From Lama guanicoe (lineage: Eukaryota): a stretch of 64,000 nt of DNA. The position numbers and the translations under genes are program-made. Positions 13,036 to 25,649 of this stretch are shown here, in pieces. Below the pieces are notes generated by a model that did not search any database, was not told the DNA's origin, and worked only from the letters and a program-made list of their open reading frames with translations. Within the stretch, counting starts at the first letter, position 1; every line of letters starts with the position of its first letter. Where the stretch lies: the NCBI GenBank assembly GCA_013239625.1, contig MU054187.1:4165757-4229756 (forward strand), read 5' to 3'.

Positions 13036-13194
13036 CCAATCTTGCATCGTATGTCTACTTATTGCTGTAATCCCATGCTGGCTAGCCTGCCGCTTTGAAG
13101 AACTTTGTTTATAAGGGGCTGTGGCCTGTAGGTATCAAAGGGTAAGATGGTGGTATTTTGAGGGAGGAATATTTTTTTTCATTTTCCAAACATG

Positions 13195-13310
13195 AATCTT
13201 ACCCACTAAATGCCAGTAATGCTCCCTAGCGATCAGGACAACCAGGAAATTCTAATTCCCTCCAACACACACATGCATATTTTTATATGCCCTCATTGAG
13301 AGTCATTCAA
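13195..13310 (+). mobile_element. MER20-like hAT MITE fragment
   Basis: TACCCACTAAATGCCAGTAATGCTCCC...GACAACCA resembles MER20. Confidence 0.5.
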
Positions 13311-13656
13311 AGGCATTTTAACACTTAATCACACAAAAATGAGTTTTCAACTTTGGAGCATACACAGAGATTGTCACCCTTCATAGAACCACAGTGCATT
13401 TGAGAAGAAGTCAAGCATTAATCACATTCCTTTGAGGACTTCTAAAAGGTATAAAAGGTCCTGTTTTCAGCTGAAGAGATGCAGATATTATTATATAGTA
13501 TTGAGTTTTTAAAGAATATTTTAGGTAACAAAACATGAATATTTGGAAGTTCTTAACTAAATCAGTATGGAAAGCCCCCTGTCCCTACACCACCTCAGTA
13601 CAAAGCAAGCAGGTAGGAAAAATCCAAGCTCCCAGCTTCTCCCTGGAGAGGTAAGT

Positions 13657-14091
13657 ACTTTAAGTCAAAACCTGTCACAAGAGACAAAAAAATAACCCAA
13701 CAGAAAACCCACATTATATCATGATAAAAGTATAAATCCATTAATATATGGCAATTATAGATATACATGCACTCAACATCAAAGCACCTGAATAGATAAC
13801 GCAAACATTGATAGAACTGAAGGGAGAAATAGACAGCAATACAATAACAGGAAGAGACTTCAATATTGCACTATCAATAATGGATAGAATTTTTAGACAG
13901 AAATCACTAAGGAAACAGCAGACTTGAATAACACTATAGATCAAATGGACCTAACAGATATATATATAGAACCTTCCACCTGACAGCAGCAGAATAAACG
14001 TTCTTTTCAAATGTGCACAGAATATTCTCCAGGATAGATTACATGTTAGGTCCCAAAACAAATCTTAACAAACTTAAGAAGACTGAAATCA
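13657..14091 (+). mobile_element. Internal L1 ORF2 endonuclease-domain fragment
   Basis: Manual translation gives FKSKPVTRDK, HYIMIK, ELKGEIDSNTITGRDFN and FSRIDYMLGPKTNLNKLKKTEI (GDFN and SRID EN motifs), with stops and frameshifts. Confidence 0.9.
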
Positions 14092-14289
14092 ATGTTTTGA
14101 AAATTAAGATATATTCATTTGTTTTTTTAGACATAATACTCTTGTACACTTAATAGACTACAGTATGGCATAAACATAACTTTTATATGCACCAGGAAGC
14201 CAAAAAATTCATGTGACTTGCTTTATTGCACGATTCTCTTTATTGAGGTGGTCTGAAACTAAACCCACAGTATCTCTGAGGTCTGCCTA
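14092..14289 (+). mobile_element. Tigger1 DNA transposon right end
   Basis: TAGACATAAT...CACTTAATAGACTACAGTAT...AAACATAACTTTTATATGCAC...GCTTTATTG...TATCTCTGAGGTCTGCCT matches the Tigger1 3' terminus and TIR. Confidence 0.9.
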
Positions 14290-14979
14290 TGTGTGGCTTA
14301 GGTTTTGGGGCACTTTCCCTCTTTTGGCTGTACTTTCTGTGAGGCATGGAGTCAAAGGAAAACTCACAAAGTTATATTCCTTGCAATATTTTCTCTGCCC
14401 AAGAAACATTTTACAAATACTCTTTAGCAGACATGTGACATCCCAAAACCAAATTCTGGTCCTACTGCCAGCAAAGCTTGGCCAGTGCTTCTTCACACAG
14501 ATGCACAATGTTTACACAGAGCATACCTGATTTCTTTATCATCCACCCACAAAATATACTGCTTCTTCCACATAGACTGTGGTTTCCAAGGCAACAAAGA
14601 GCTCCTCTTACAATAAAAGCACCCGGGAGTTGATTTCCATTTCGGCATGCCAAGTCCTAACCACTTTCTCCAGCCATAGTGCTTATGTTTCCCAACAGGA
14701 GGGCAGAAATAAGGAGGAAGTACTAATGGTAGAAGACATGTTCTAATGTGTCAGCATAGATAGGTGCTAAGGAGAAGAAACTTTTGTTTAACAGATTTGT
14801 AGAGTGAGTTTACGGGAATCATTTGGATAGAGGGTGAGGTCATGGAGAAGCTATAAATTATGGCTGACCTTGAAGGACACTAGTAATGTTGGGGAAGAGA
14901 AACCCCACCATTCCTCTACTACTGAGGTCCCTTGATGAACTTAGTCTCCAGTTCTTCCTTAGTGACAAGTTTTGTTGAA

Positions 14980-15995
14980 ACGGATCTTCACCTTCTCATT
15001 TTCCATTCACTCTAGAACCCATTGCAATCTAGAACCCAACATCTTAGAACTGCCCTTACAAGGCCAAAGTCCTTCTAGAGGCCAAGTCCAGGGGTCACTT
15101 GTCCATCCTTATACTCTTGCTAATTATCCTCTCATATGGCCCCTCCCTTCTTCCTCTTCCAGGAAACCGCTCTTCCCTGAGTTTCCTCCCACTTACCATT
15201 CTCTCATCTCCTTTGCAGTCTACTCTTCCCCTGCCAGTGCTTTCACTGTGGTTCTTTCCACGTCTCTTTTCTCCTCTAATTCTACATATCCCTCTAAGCA
15301 ATGGTCCCTGAACTTGATTGCACAACAGAATCACCTGAGGACCTTGTAAAAATTCTAAATCTTAGGTCACAGTGCAGCCCAGTCTCTGAGAGTGAGATGT
15401 ATCAGTATATTTTCAGATTCTCCCAGGAGATTCCAATGTGCAGACAAGTCTGGGAAACCACTGCCCTAGAGGGTTTCCTCTCCTCTTAATTAATTCCAGA
15501 TTAGCCAGTACTCAGTATTCTAGGCTTGCGCCTTTTCCAGGACTAACCATGTCTGTGACATACAGTCAGTTATCCTTTCTTGAAATTCTCTAGTATTGTC
15601 TCATTATTTCAGGATAAAATTAAAAACTGTTACCAGGATATTCAAGGCTTCCTTAGTCTGATCTCTGCTTACCTTCCAAGGTCCATCTCAGACCACTCTT
15701 CTGTCTTGCTAGAAGCTTTCAGACACATTTCTGCTCCTCTGCCCGGAAGAGCCTTCTTCATCTGGTCAATTCCAACCCGTCCTGCAACTCCCAGCCTGGA
15801 CAGTTCCCGAATGCCTCCTCCTCCCACTGCGTGGTGAGTTCTGCTGAACATAGCTCTTATTCTATCTATATCTGTTTGCTGGTTCATCTTACAGTAGACC
15901 GGAATTTATTTGAGGACCAAGTCTTTGCTTTTCATTTGTCTACCAAGTGCAGAGTGCGCCTTGAGCACACTGCATGTTCAATCTTCAATGAATGA
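14980..15995 (+). mobile_element. LINE2 3' portion, interrupted by MER5A
   Basis: Pyrimidine-rich L2 body (CAGGATAAAATTAAAAACT...TTCAAGGCTTCCTTAGTCTG) ending in CAATGAATGA. Confidence 0.7.
15299..15463. mobile_element. MER5A-like hAT-Charlie MITE
   Basis: CAATGGTC...AACCACTG termini, with internal TGCACAACAGAATCACCTGAGGA and TCCCAGGAGATTCCAATGTGCAG. Confidence 0.8.
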
Positions 15996-17182
15996 GAAAA
16001 CAGAAGCACATGATGGTGAAAAATGTTTTGCTTTGAAGGTGTATTCAGCAAAGTTTTCATCAGATTTATTTCTTCAGGGAGGGAGGAGGGCCACAGAGCC
16101 ATAAAGCTCCACACAGCTTTCCTGCAGGTGCCAGAGTGTTCTTCCCCACCTCATTGCTCCTTCTTGTTCATCTGGCAAGTAGAGCATCTGGAAACACAAT
16201 CGAGGTGGTGAAACCAATTTTCATGACGCTTGTGAGTTACCCTGAACACTGTTTCCAGCAGCTAAAACTTCAGCAAAAGCTGTTGTGCCATCAGGGAGCT
16301 GTTTCAACAGCAGGATATTACAAACAGCCACCTATTAGCAAGACTCTTGGGTGACTTTTGGGTCAGAAAGGGATGTAGGGCATATATTTGGCACAGAATG
16401 TCTGAGCATCCCCATCACTCACCAGAGAGGGGCAAGTTCATCTCAAAAATTTTTTTCTATTATGAGTAAGACAAAAAGTTTGAACTGCTCCTACAGCTAT
16501 GAATTTCTACAAAATTGATCTTGAGAATATCCTTTGAATACTGGCATGAAAACTACAAATTAAAAAAATAATTTGTGGGTAAATACTTCCCCCTTTTGCA
16601 TTTGGTAGTCTGGAATCATGGAAGAAGAAAGTCTAATAGAGACATTTATAATTAAACTATGCACCTAATGGTGCCAATGGCAAGACGCAGCGACTAGGAG
16701 AAGCAGGGAGAAACCTCTTCCACGTGGACTCTGTACTTGCTACTTTCCAAAGAAGCTGTGAGCATCACAAAGCAGAACACTGAGTCTCATAAAACTGAAA
16801 TGAAAGTCTCCTTATCACAACTACCTAATTAAAAACAAACAGATATAGACAAAGAATGAGAGAGAATAACATGATTTCCAGAAAGGCCAGGCGTTCTGTG
16901 ATCCAAACACCATATTCTTGGTTTGATTTTCGCACTGCTTTTCTCTGACAACATGCACTCCTCCCAGTCCGTCATAGCAGTTACTCAGCTGTCATCTGGG
17001 CTGCCAGCTCTAGTTCGTGATGTCTTTTCCCAAACTTTTCCTATTGTCAGTGGTGGGTAAAAAGTGATACTAATTAAATCAGGTTTATTTTGTTGTGCTC
17101 AAAGGCATCCAGAAATTCAGGAGCCTGTTGTCATGGTAAAGCCATCCACTGGAAGTGCTGTGCTCAAGTGACACACACTGAC

Positions 17183-17340
17183 CAGGGCTGGCTTCGTAGG
17201 CATGTGACCTGGACAGGCACACAGGACCTGGCACTTGCTTTAACGATCTACTGCGGCCATCTTGAAATTCTCAATTTTTGAAAAAGTCTCCCTCCGTTTT
17301 CATTTTGCACCGGGCCCTGCAAATTGTGTAGCTGGTTCTG
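17183..17340 (+). mobile_element. MER45A-like hAT-Tip100 MITE
   Basis: CAGGGCTGGCTTCGTAGG...ATCTTGAAATTCT...TTTTCATTTTGCACCGGGCCCTGCAAATTGTGTAGCTGGTTCTG, with imperfect TIRs. Confidence 0.85.
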
Positions 17341-19257
17341 TCTGAGAGTCCTCACCAAGCGTTTCATAGTGGGTGCAATGTGCCTAAAATCAATAACAAA
17401 GCCAGCATTAAGAAGGAAAAGAATTTGTGAGCAGGCAGCCTATTGTCATACGGATATCAGTTGACCAGAGAGAAAGCCAGCCCATCCGCCTTACCCCCGA
17501 TAATGGAATTCTTCACGTGTTATTCTATCTGCATACGAGTCTCTGGTAATTTGACATCACCTCACAGTCTCCTTTCTTTCTCTCTGCATGCTGCTTTCTT
17601 GCTTGACAGAAGCACAGACCCCTAGCTAGGATCCCCAGAGATTACTCCTGTTTTCAGAGGAATGATCACTTCTTAGTCTAAGTCTATTGACTCAAAATAC
17701 TACCAATATCATCAGTCTCAAGCAGTCTCATGCTTAAAACTCACATCCTAGAACATATGCAGAAATAAACTCTACCCTTGCAGAGCCAGCCAAGACTGAT
17801 GATGTGGTCCAGGAGACTAAGTCATTTGTTGATGTCAAGGTCGACTGCAAACTGACAGGGTTGATGGATGCGTACAATTAGTATTTATGTGTGTTTTAAT
17901 GTTTCCTTCTAAAAAAATATTTAAACTGATTTACTGGAGAACAATTACATTTCTGGCTTGGAGTCATTAGTCTACTATGCTATTACTCTTTCTCGGAATC
18001 TGCACCTATTTGGTAAAAACAGAGAGGAGGTGAAATATGGATCTTCAGATGACATAGCAAAGAGAGATGTGAACTTGATGCAGTTGAGACATTTGCTGAA
18101 TTTTCATAGAGACGAGACAGAAGGAGGTTGGATAATAGACACTGAAATTTTGTTTTAGTTGAAGAGTCATTTTTGGCTCAAATTGATAGAATGGAAGGTC
18201 ATCCTTATATCTTTTCTTTTTTCAAGTGATGTGTGAAACTGTTCTAAGCTGCAGAATATACCTAAATTTAAGACCAGATATTTTCAAAATCATCTTTCTT
18301 TTGCTCTATGAGGTTGATGTCCTGAGAGACACATGACTCAGCTGCTTGGGACCTACATCTCGTCCTGGAGAACAGGGGGAAAGCGGTTACTGTGAGTCTT
18401 TCCTTTCTTTGCACACAATGAAGACAAAATTCAGAAAGTAAGGTGCTAGTGACCAATATTTTTTTAGTAACAAAATAAAGCAAACTTTAGGACTTTGTTT
18501 TGAAAATGTATTTATTTTAAGTAAAAATGACCAATCAGTATTGATTAATTATGAGTGAGTGGGCGATGCAGATGTATGTGTTTTCTCAAGAAGGTGAAGA
18601 TTCTTAAGAAGGAGAGGGGGCAGTGTCCTCAAGTGATCCTAACACTAGAAACCAGCCGAAACATTTGGAGAAAGGCACGTTTTCAGAGACTTCTTTGCTT
18701 GTTGTGTTACGTCCAAGGTTTTGTTTTGTTTTGTTTTGTTTTTTGTATAAAGGAGCACTTTGGGGCAGTGGGGTCACGGTATCTTGGCCAGAACAGGAAG
18801 TTGTCTTTGGAAGGTCAAAACATGTACTCGTCTGTTAGATTATAGGAAAATGATTACAGATAGAGGGACTTCCAGCAGGCATGTGCATCTTTTTGAGTGT
18901 CTTTCATTCCTCTTCTCATCGGTTTGTTTGCTGACGTCCCAAAGCCCTTCTGTTTGGTCGTTACCTCTTCAGTGGTTGTTGCCTTTGTGCTGAAAGGTAG
19001 AATTTTTGTCTTCAACTCTTAGCTCAATGTCGCCTTCAACTTGTTTTATCTCAACTCATTAGAAGATAGAATTAGAGAGAAGGCAGTAGTCAAGCTGCAA
19101 ATAGGGTTTTACTGTGTCTATTAATCCCATTGCTCTCCAGCAATGTTTCCACCAAACTAATGATCAAGGAGGAAGATAGAAGATTGGGTTTCTGTGAGGA
19201 TAATATGTTTGGACAACCCATGCCTGGCCAAATGAAAGCCAGTAAATAAAAAATATG

Positions 19258-19260
<3 letters not shown>

Positions 19261-19306
<46 letters not shown>
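19261..19306. repeat. Compound microsatellite (TA)18(CA)5
   Basis: Read directly from the sequence. Confidence 0.97.
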
Positions 19307-19512
19307 TGCATATGTACTTATATATAACATACATGTATATTTATATTGTAAAGTTTCAAAGTATATATATTTCTTTCTTTTAAATCTACTGACTTATAGA
19401 CAAATCCTAGGAGACAGTCACTAAAGATAATTAAAACTGTGTAAAGCCACTGTACCCAGCATGGGAGAGCTTCCACCCCAGTGCCTCATGTACTATGTAT
19501 ATATTATATGTA

Positions 19513-19539
19513 TGTGTGTGTCTACACACACACACATAA

Positions 19540-19572
<33 letters not shown>
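19513..19572. repeat. Compound microsatellite (TG)4..(CA)6..(TA)16
   Basis: Read directly; pure (TA)16 at 19541-19572. Confidence 0.97.
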
Positions 19573-19577
<5 letters not shown>

Positions 19578-20659
19578 TAGGCATTTTAATATATTTTTAA
19601 AATTCAAAATGTTATCGTGACATCTGAAGCAAGATCTCATCATTTAGGTCATAACCCCAGAGCGAAGTTAAATTTGAGGGATGCATCTCTGGTCTTAGAA
19701 GAGCTTCTCTCTGTACCAGCTGGAAATGTTGGCTGGTTTAGGCTTTCGTGCAAATCAGATCTCAAAAGAACACAAACTGTGCCCACTAGAGGCCAACAGA
19801 TGAGACTCTGAAGCTAACAACAAAAAGAATCTCTGGAAGAAAAGTCATTATTTTTTTGATTCTGAGAATTATTTTCTTACTCCTTTGTGAGTGAGGCATC
19901 TCATTTTGAAATTTAAACCTTACATTCTTTGGTTTTCATATTTGAAAAGTCTCAACTGACATCAGATTTTATCTGGGAGATACTTCTTTATGCTTCTGTG
20001 ATAGAAATTTGTCTACTTTAGCACATAACATGAGATGAAAATGGGCTCATAGAAGCCATGTGTACTAGATTCTCTCAGGGGATTTAGGAAAAAACACGTT
20101 GTTTGGTATTTGTTTCTTTGTGGTGCTGAAACAGAAGTGCTTTAAGGCACTAGGGTGGAAGTTCTCCCATGCTGGGTACAATGGCTTTACACAGTTGGAT
20201 CAACTTAATTATCTTTAATGGTTGTCTCCTAGGATTTGCCTCTAAATCAGTAGATTTACAAGAAAAAAAATTACTGTGATTAGCCAGTAAAATAATCTGC
20301 AGTTTTCTGTAAAAATAAATAAAGCAAAACAGAGTGTTGCTGAGAAAATGCTGTCTGGAACTCATGCTTTCTGCCCCAACCCGCCTCCACCCTTGGGTCT
20401 CCCTCCCTCATCTCACACAGAGGGGGCTAGAAGCCCATATCCCTTTGGTGGGAACATTTTCTTATCTGTTCAGATTTGAGGAAGACGGTGAATTATTACA
20501 TAGCCCTGATCATGTTAGAAACTGGCTTTATCACCAAAAATATAAAAATGCAACAAACTAGTGAGACTCGAAAAGGATGATGGCTGTATACCATCGCAGA
20601 ATTATGTTCTGGTCAAAACCCCCACGCTCCAGTATCACAGGGTGTAAAGAGAGCTCACG

Positions 20660-20810
20660 AGTGAGTGGTCCTGAGCACAGACTCAGCAGCCAACCATCCA
20701 CATTGGCATCCCAGCTCCGCCACTTCCTGGCCGGTGACCTCGGGCCAGCCACTGACGGACCGTCCAGAAGCTTCAGCTTCCTCACTCGTGAGATGGGCGA
20801 GTTCCTACTT
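20660..20810 (+). mobile_element. MIR SINE (5' part and core), unusually CpG-rich
   Basis: ATCCCAGCTCCGCCACTTCCTGGCCGGTGACCTCGGGCCAG...TCAGCTTCCTCACTCGTGAGATGGG. Confidence 0.75.
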
Positions 20811-21002
20811 GAGAGGCAGGGAGTCACTCCCAGCTCCATGTGCAAATCACGTCGGCGTCTTGGAAGAACACCCAGGACCAGGCCCCCTTGCCCACAGTTC
20901 CAATTTCCTTGTTTCAGGTGAGACCCAGGCACCAGCAGACTCTGCTCTCCTCGCCCGCAGGAGAACCTAGCGTGTAGCTAAATGTGAGACCCTCGGTCCA
21001 AA

Positions 21003-21185
21003 CACCGCTGTTCAAGGACTGTCCAGGGATGCTTAGTGTCTGCACCGCAGGGCGCTTGTTAAAAATGTCACCTCTCAGGCGCCGCACCCCACCCCTCCTG
21101 CCCGAGCTGCTGAGCACGAATCTGCAATTTAACAAAGTCCTCAGCTGATCTCTCTGCCTCCTGAAGTTAGAAAAGCGTTGGTCTA
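21003..21185. mobile_element. MER5A-family MITE
   Basis: GCTTGTTAAAAATG...CTCAGGC...GAATCTGCAATTTAACAAAGTCCTCAGCTGAT...AAGTTAGAAAAGCGTTG. Confidence 0.7.
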
Positions 21186-21767
21186 AATCACTGCGAGGGT
21201 TAAATGGGAGATTCCATCCAAGCTGCTGAGAGCAGTGCCTGGCAAACTCTGCATAAAGGTTATGTTGGTGTCTTCTCTGTTGCTTTGCTGTGTGATATGT
21301 GTGCGCTCCCTTTTTAGCCTGTTTTCCCCACTGAAACCCTTTAGGGCAGCTCCTGTGTCTGGTTCATTTTTCTGTCCCTAGTGCCTAGGGTGCCGTCTGG
21401 AACGTGACGTAGGCGGACAGTAAACATCTGTGGAGAGGATGAGGGATGGCGGGTCTTGGGAACAGTTTTCTAGCCCTGGTTCTGCTGGCCACTCATTGTG
21501 GGATCCCAGCCGAGGTCTTCCAGCTCTGACCCGTCTCGCCAGCACACTGAAGGGAGGCACACAGCCTCCAAACCACCTTCCAGTTCTAATTGTAAGTAAT
21601 TTGCTTCCACACATGCACGTGGCTGAGCTCTCTTTTGGGGAGGGTGCTTGCTTGTTCATTTTGCTATTACTTATAAGACTAACAGAATTTTATAATATTT
21701 TTAATTGAGTGGAGGGTGTGGAAAAGGCACAGCCTGGTGATTGCTGTGCAAATTTAATGCCCTTCAC

Positions 21768-21965
21768 CAGGGGGAGTAACTTTCAACCATGACTGCATAA
21801 TAGAGTCACCAGGAACCTTAAAACACTGATGCCCAGGCTGATCTTAAAAAATCCTGATTTATGTTCTTTTAGAAAAAAAAAATAACAACAATGGATCTTG
21901 GCACAGGTATTTTTTTAAGAAGCTCCCTAGTTGATTAAAAAGGTCAGCCAGGGTTGAGATCCCTG
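21768..21965. mobile_element. MER5-family MITE
   Basis: CTGCATAATAGAGTCACCAGG...ACTGATGCCCAGGC...AAGCTCCCTAGTTGATT...CAGCCAGGGTTGAGATCCCTG. Confidence 0.7.
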
Positions 21966-23328
21966 CTGGAGATGTTGCCTTATTCCACAGAGGTTTTGTT
22001 TTGCAACACAAACAGCTTTTTACTGAAGTGTAGTTGATGCAGAATCCTGCATAGTTTTAAAACAGTTTCGCTTCCTTTTCGATGGTCCTGTGACTGTGGA
22101 GAGACAGGACTGAGACGTGGTCCCTGGGTGATGGCCCCGGCCTGAGAGCGGAGAGCATTTCATCGTCCAGTGACGTCCTCTGCCGTCGGGCTCCTCCTTG
22201 TCACCGAACCTGTCAATTACATGTTCTCATGCTTGTGGTCCTGGGAGGACCCTGGGGCTATGTTCGTAACCATGTTTAGAAGACTAGCAAATTAGGACAC
22301 TGTGTATACACGTGTGAATATATGTACACATGAGTGGTCTGTATATGAAGGACACATTCACACTCATGTGTGAAATTATAGGTTGGCTTCCATTCTAAAC
22401 CATAGGCATCCTAGGTTCTTAACAACCCATGCTGATTCTGTTTCACAGGTGTTTTGTATTTATGGCTAGAGCAAACCTTGTTTACTTATTTCTGGTATTA
22501 TATACTTCTTTTGAAAGAAGAGCCAAATACTCTACTATGTCTTTACAGTAGACATAAAGTGGCATTCTGTTCATATGCGCTCTTGTTTTGTTGACATCTT
22601 TGGAAGCCCACATCTAACCTACTAAACTGAAAGAAATGTATTGATTCAAACATACTCATTTCAGTTGGTCAAACTGAATGACTATTTTGAATGCCTTATT
22701 ACTCCTTTTCTTCTTTCTTTCTAAGAAAATAAAGGTGAAAAGAAACTTGGCTCCTCTGTAGTAATGTGTGTTCATGCTAAAATCACCGGACACTTTATAG
22801 CAAGCCCCAGCATCTGAAAAAATGAAGCATGACAGTCTCTGTTTTTTTCTAACAGAACATAGATCGTATATGAACATTTTGCCTAACAGTTTCAATCCCA
22901 AGAGTAAGGGATCTATTTCTAGGTCATTATTTGTAGTATAATTTGTTCCATACAGGAAGATAGAGGGAACTTGAAGTCACAGCCATTTTTCATTGCTATA
23001 TGTGATTATATTACATGATTTTCATTTTCTGTTTTTGTGGGAAAAACTTCCTCCCTAGTAGGACCAGAGGCAGATGGATTTGAATAGACCGGCTCTCAGG
23101 AAGGGGCCAGGAAAGCGGGGGAATGAGCTCGGTGAGGTGGGCCTGGCGTGAAATACCCAACAGCTCCCAGCAGATGCCCTGAGTGAACGGGGTGGAGGGA
23201 CAGGAAGGCCAAGGAGACTGGCGATCCCAGGACCAGTCTCTTTTAAAAGAAGTCACGTAAATGATTCTGGAAACGTTGGTTCGCTTTACTATTTCTTAGC
23301 ATAATTTCTAATTTAGATGTTACAGATG

Positions 23329-23540
23329 GACACAGCCACACAAAATCTGTGGGATGCGGCAAACGCAGTCCTAAGAGGGAAGTTCATAACCATTCAGGCC
23401 TTCCTCAGCAAGCAGGAATGGCCTCAGATAAACGACCTAACCTCCAACCTAAAAGAATTAGAAAAAGAAGAACAAACAAAATCTAAATTAACAGAAGGAG
23501 AGAAATAATAAAGATCAGGGAGGGACAAATAAAGAAGTTA
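23329..23540 (+). mobile_element. Isolated internal L1 ORF2 fragment (region just after the EN domain)
   Basis: ORF 23317..23508(+) gives [26 protein letters not shown]...[11 protein letters not shown], the conserved [15 protein letters not shown] segment of ORF2p. Confidence 0.92.
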
Positions 23541-25649
23541 TGGATGGAGAGAAAGGCAATACCTTGCATCTAACTGTTTTCTGTTTACACACCTGTCTGT
23601 AACCTGTCAGGCTCCCTCCTTCACCCTGCATATTTCCCTTAAATGTCAACCCCGACCCTGGAGTTCTCTGCCTCCATTGATTACTGTCACATTGAATATT
23701 CACGGAAGACTGGGCTAGTTTGTGAAATCTAGTTGAAATATTATAGGATTTAGAATCAGTGCTGCTTACATAATTATTATAATCACAGATGTACCAGTAA
23801 TGGGATTCTGAGTAATGTCAGAAAAATTAATGAGCTGCCTAGAGTTCATTTCCACAAACAGGCAATCTCCCCTATAATTTATGTTTATGATATAGTCTTG
23901 GTAGGGTTTTAATGCAAGCCACTCAGATATAAATATCCTCTAAACATTGCCCTTCGCTGCTTAAGCATAATTCCAGGGCGTAATTATGTCCTCAAAGTCT
24001 TATGTTCACCATTCGTAAACTCCTTCACATGTCACTTACAATAAACCGAACAGAACTGAAAAATGCATCTAGTCATCCATCTTTTTATTCATTCACATAT
24101 GAAATCAATTTAATTCTGTGTCTGGAAGAAAGCATGGTGAGTACCCCCCTTTGCTTTGCATGTGGCTGGAGGGTGGCCCGTGAAGGTCTGGGAGCACATG
24201 TCCAACTCTACCCCAGATTGCTCCTCACTGAGAGAGTATCACAGGAATTCGTGCAGCCCCAGGGTGTGGGGGCATTTAGCTTTGAGAAAGTACTAAAAAG
24301 GGGGAAACTTAGCCCTGCAGACATGGCCTCCTCTACCCCAACAAGCATGCCTTGCTCCCGTCCCAGCCCACGGCCCCGTGCAGGCAAGACCATAGAACTA
24401 CCTCTTAGAGGTTACATATCTGTTGGCTTTTATCTGCAAGGAGGGCAAGGGGACAATAAAACTAAAGTAAAAGAAACTGAACAAGCATATTACATGAAAT
24501 GAAAAAGATCAACATAATTTTGAGTTCTGTTCAAAGCGATAGGTTTTCCTAATCTCTTGAAGCTGGTCAGCCGTGTAGGTCGTAAGCGATGTCCTCTCCC
24601 TTCGTGCATTGGCATCACTTCCTCGGAGTGAGTTCATCTCAGGGGACCTCTTCGTTCCCGTCCTCTGCGCCTCTCCTACTCCCCCTTCTTGTCTCTGCAT
24701 TTCCTGCCCTTCCGTGTCTTTCTGTCCACTTCCTAGCTTCCATTTATCATTTAATTAAATCACCGAGGGACGTGTCAGAAGTCCTCAGAGTTCACTTTGA
24801 GCTGCGGGAATGCCGAAGGCTCCCTCCTGACTATCAATAAATGTTCATTTAAATGAAGTTTGAGAAACATTTTCTCTACAAGGTTCATTTCTGAATGGCT
24901 TGTAATATCATCTTTGGCACGTATATCCTAGAGGGACAAAATGACTTTGTCAAACATTTAATATATTTCCAACCTACTATTGTCGGGGCCTTAGCACCGG
25001 TTTGAGTCGTATCTAATTAAATAGTGAGGCAGTGTCTTTGGTTATGAAATCAGATGTTATTATCTATGATTCTGATTGTCTCAATAAATTCCAAGTCTGG
25101 GACCATGAGTGATATTCAACTGTACCTAAAACAAAGGGCCAGACAAAGAGGTCCCCCTGGCCACCTGAGCTGCCTGTGTGAGGCAGTGAGATTAGACCGT
25201 GCTGAGGTTTCTTGTCTTAGCCTCTCACTACCCAGGCCGAAGCCAGACTAGACGCTCGGTGACCATGCATGACGCACACACCCTGAAGTGACCCTGTACT
25301 GGCCAGGATCACACTGGAGTGTGGGGAACTGGACCACTGCGAATGAGTCACTAGTGCCGTCATGCTAGCAATGGAGTACACTTTGAATGAAGGCAGAGAA
25401 CATCTCTTATTCATCTTTGTACAGAGAAATATGGGTGTATATTTTTTCACTAAGTAGACTTGATATGTTTAGTCCTGGAAATGGAAGCAGTTTTGCAGTC
25501 ACATTTCTGCAGGACATCCAGAGGGTTTTAAAAGACCTTCAGAGAGTCTTGCGGTCTTCAAAGACTGAGTGTTAAGAGAACAGGCCATATCATACTTCTA
25601 AGGTTTTAAATTTTAATATATGTATGAAAGTCTTCAATGAAAAGAGATC

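Noticed and set aside
24002..24502. 166-aa plus ORF
   Set aside because: No recognisable domain or supporting gene structure.
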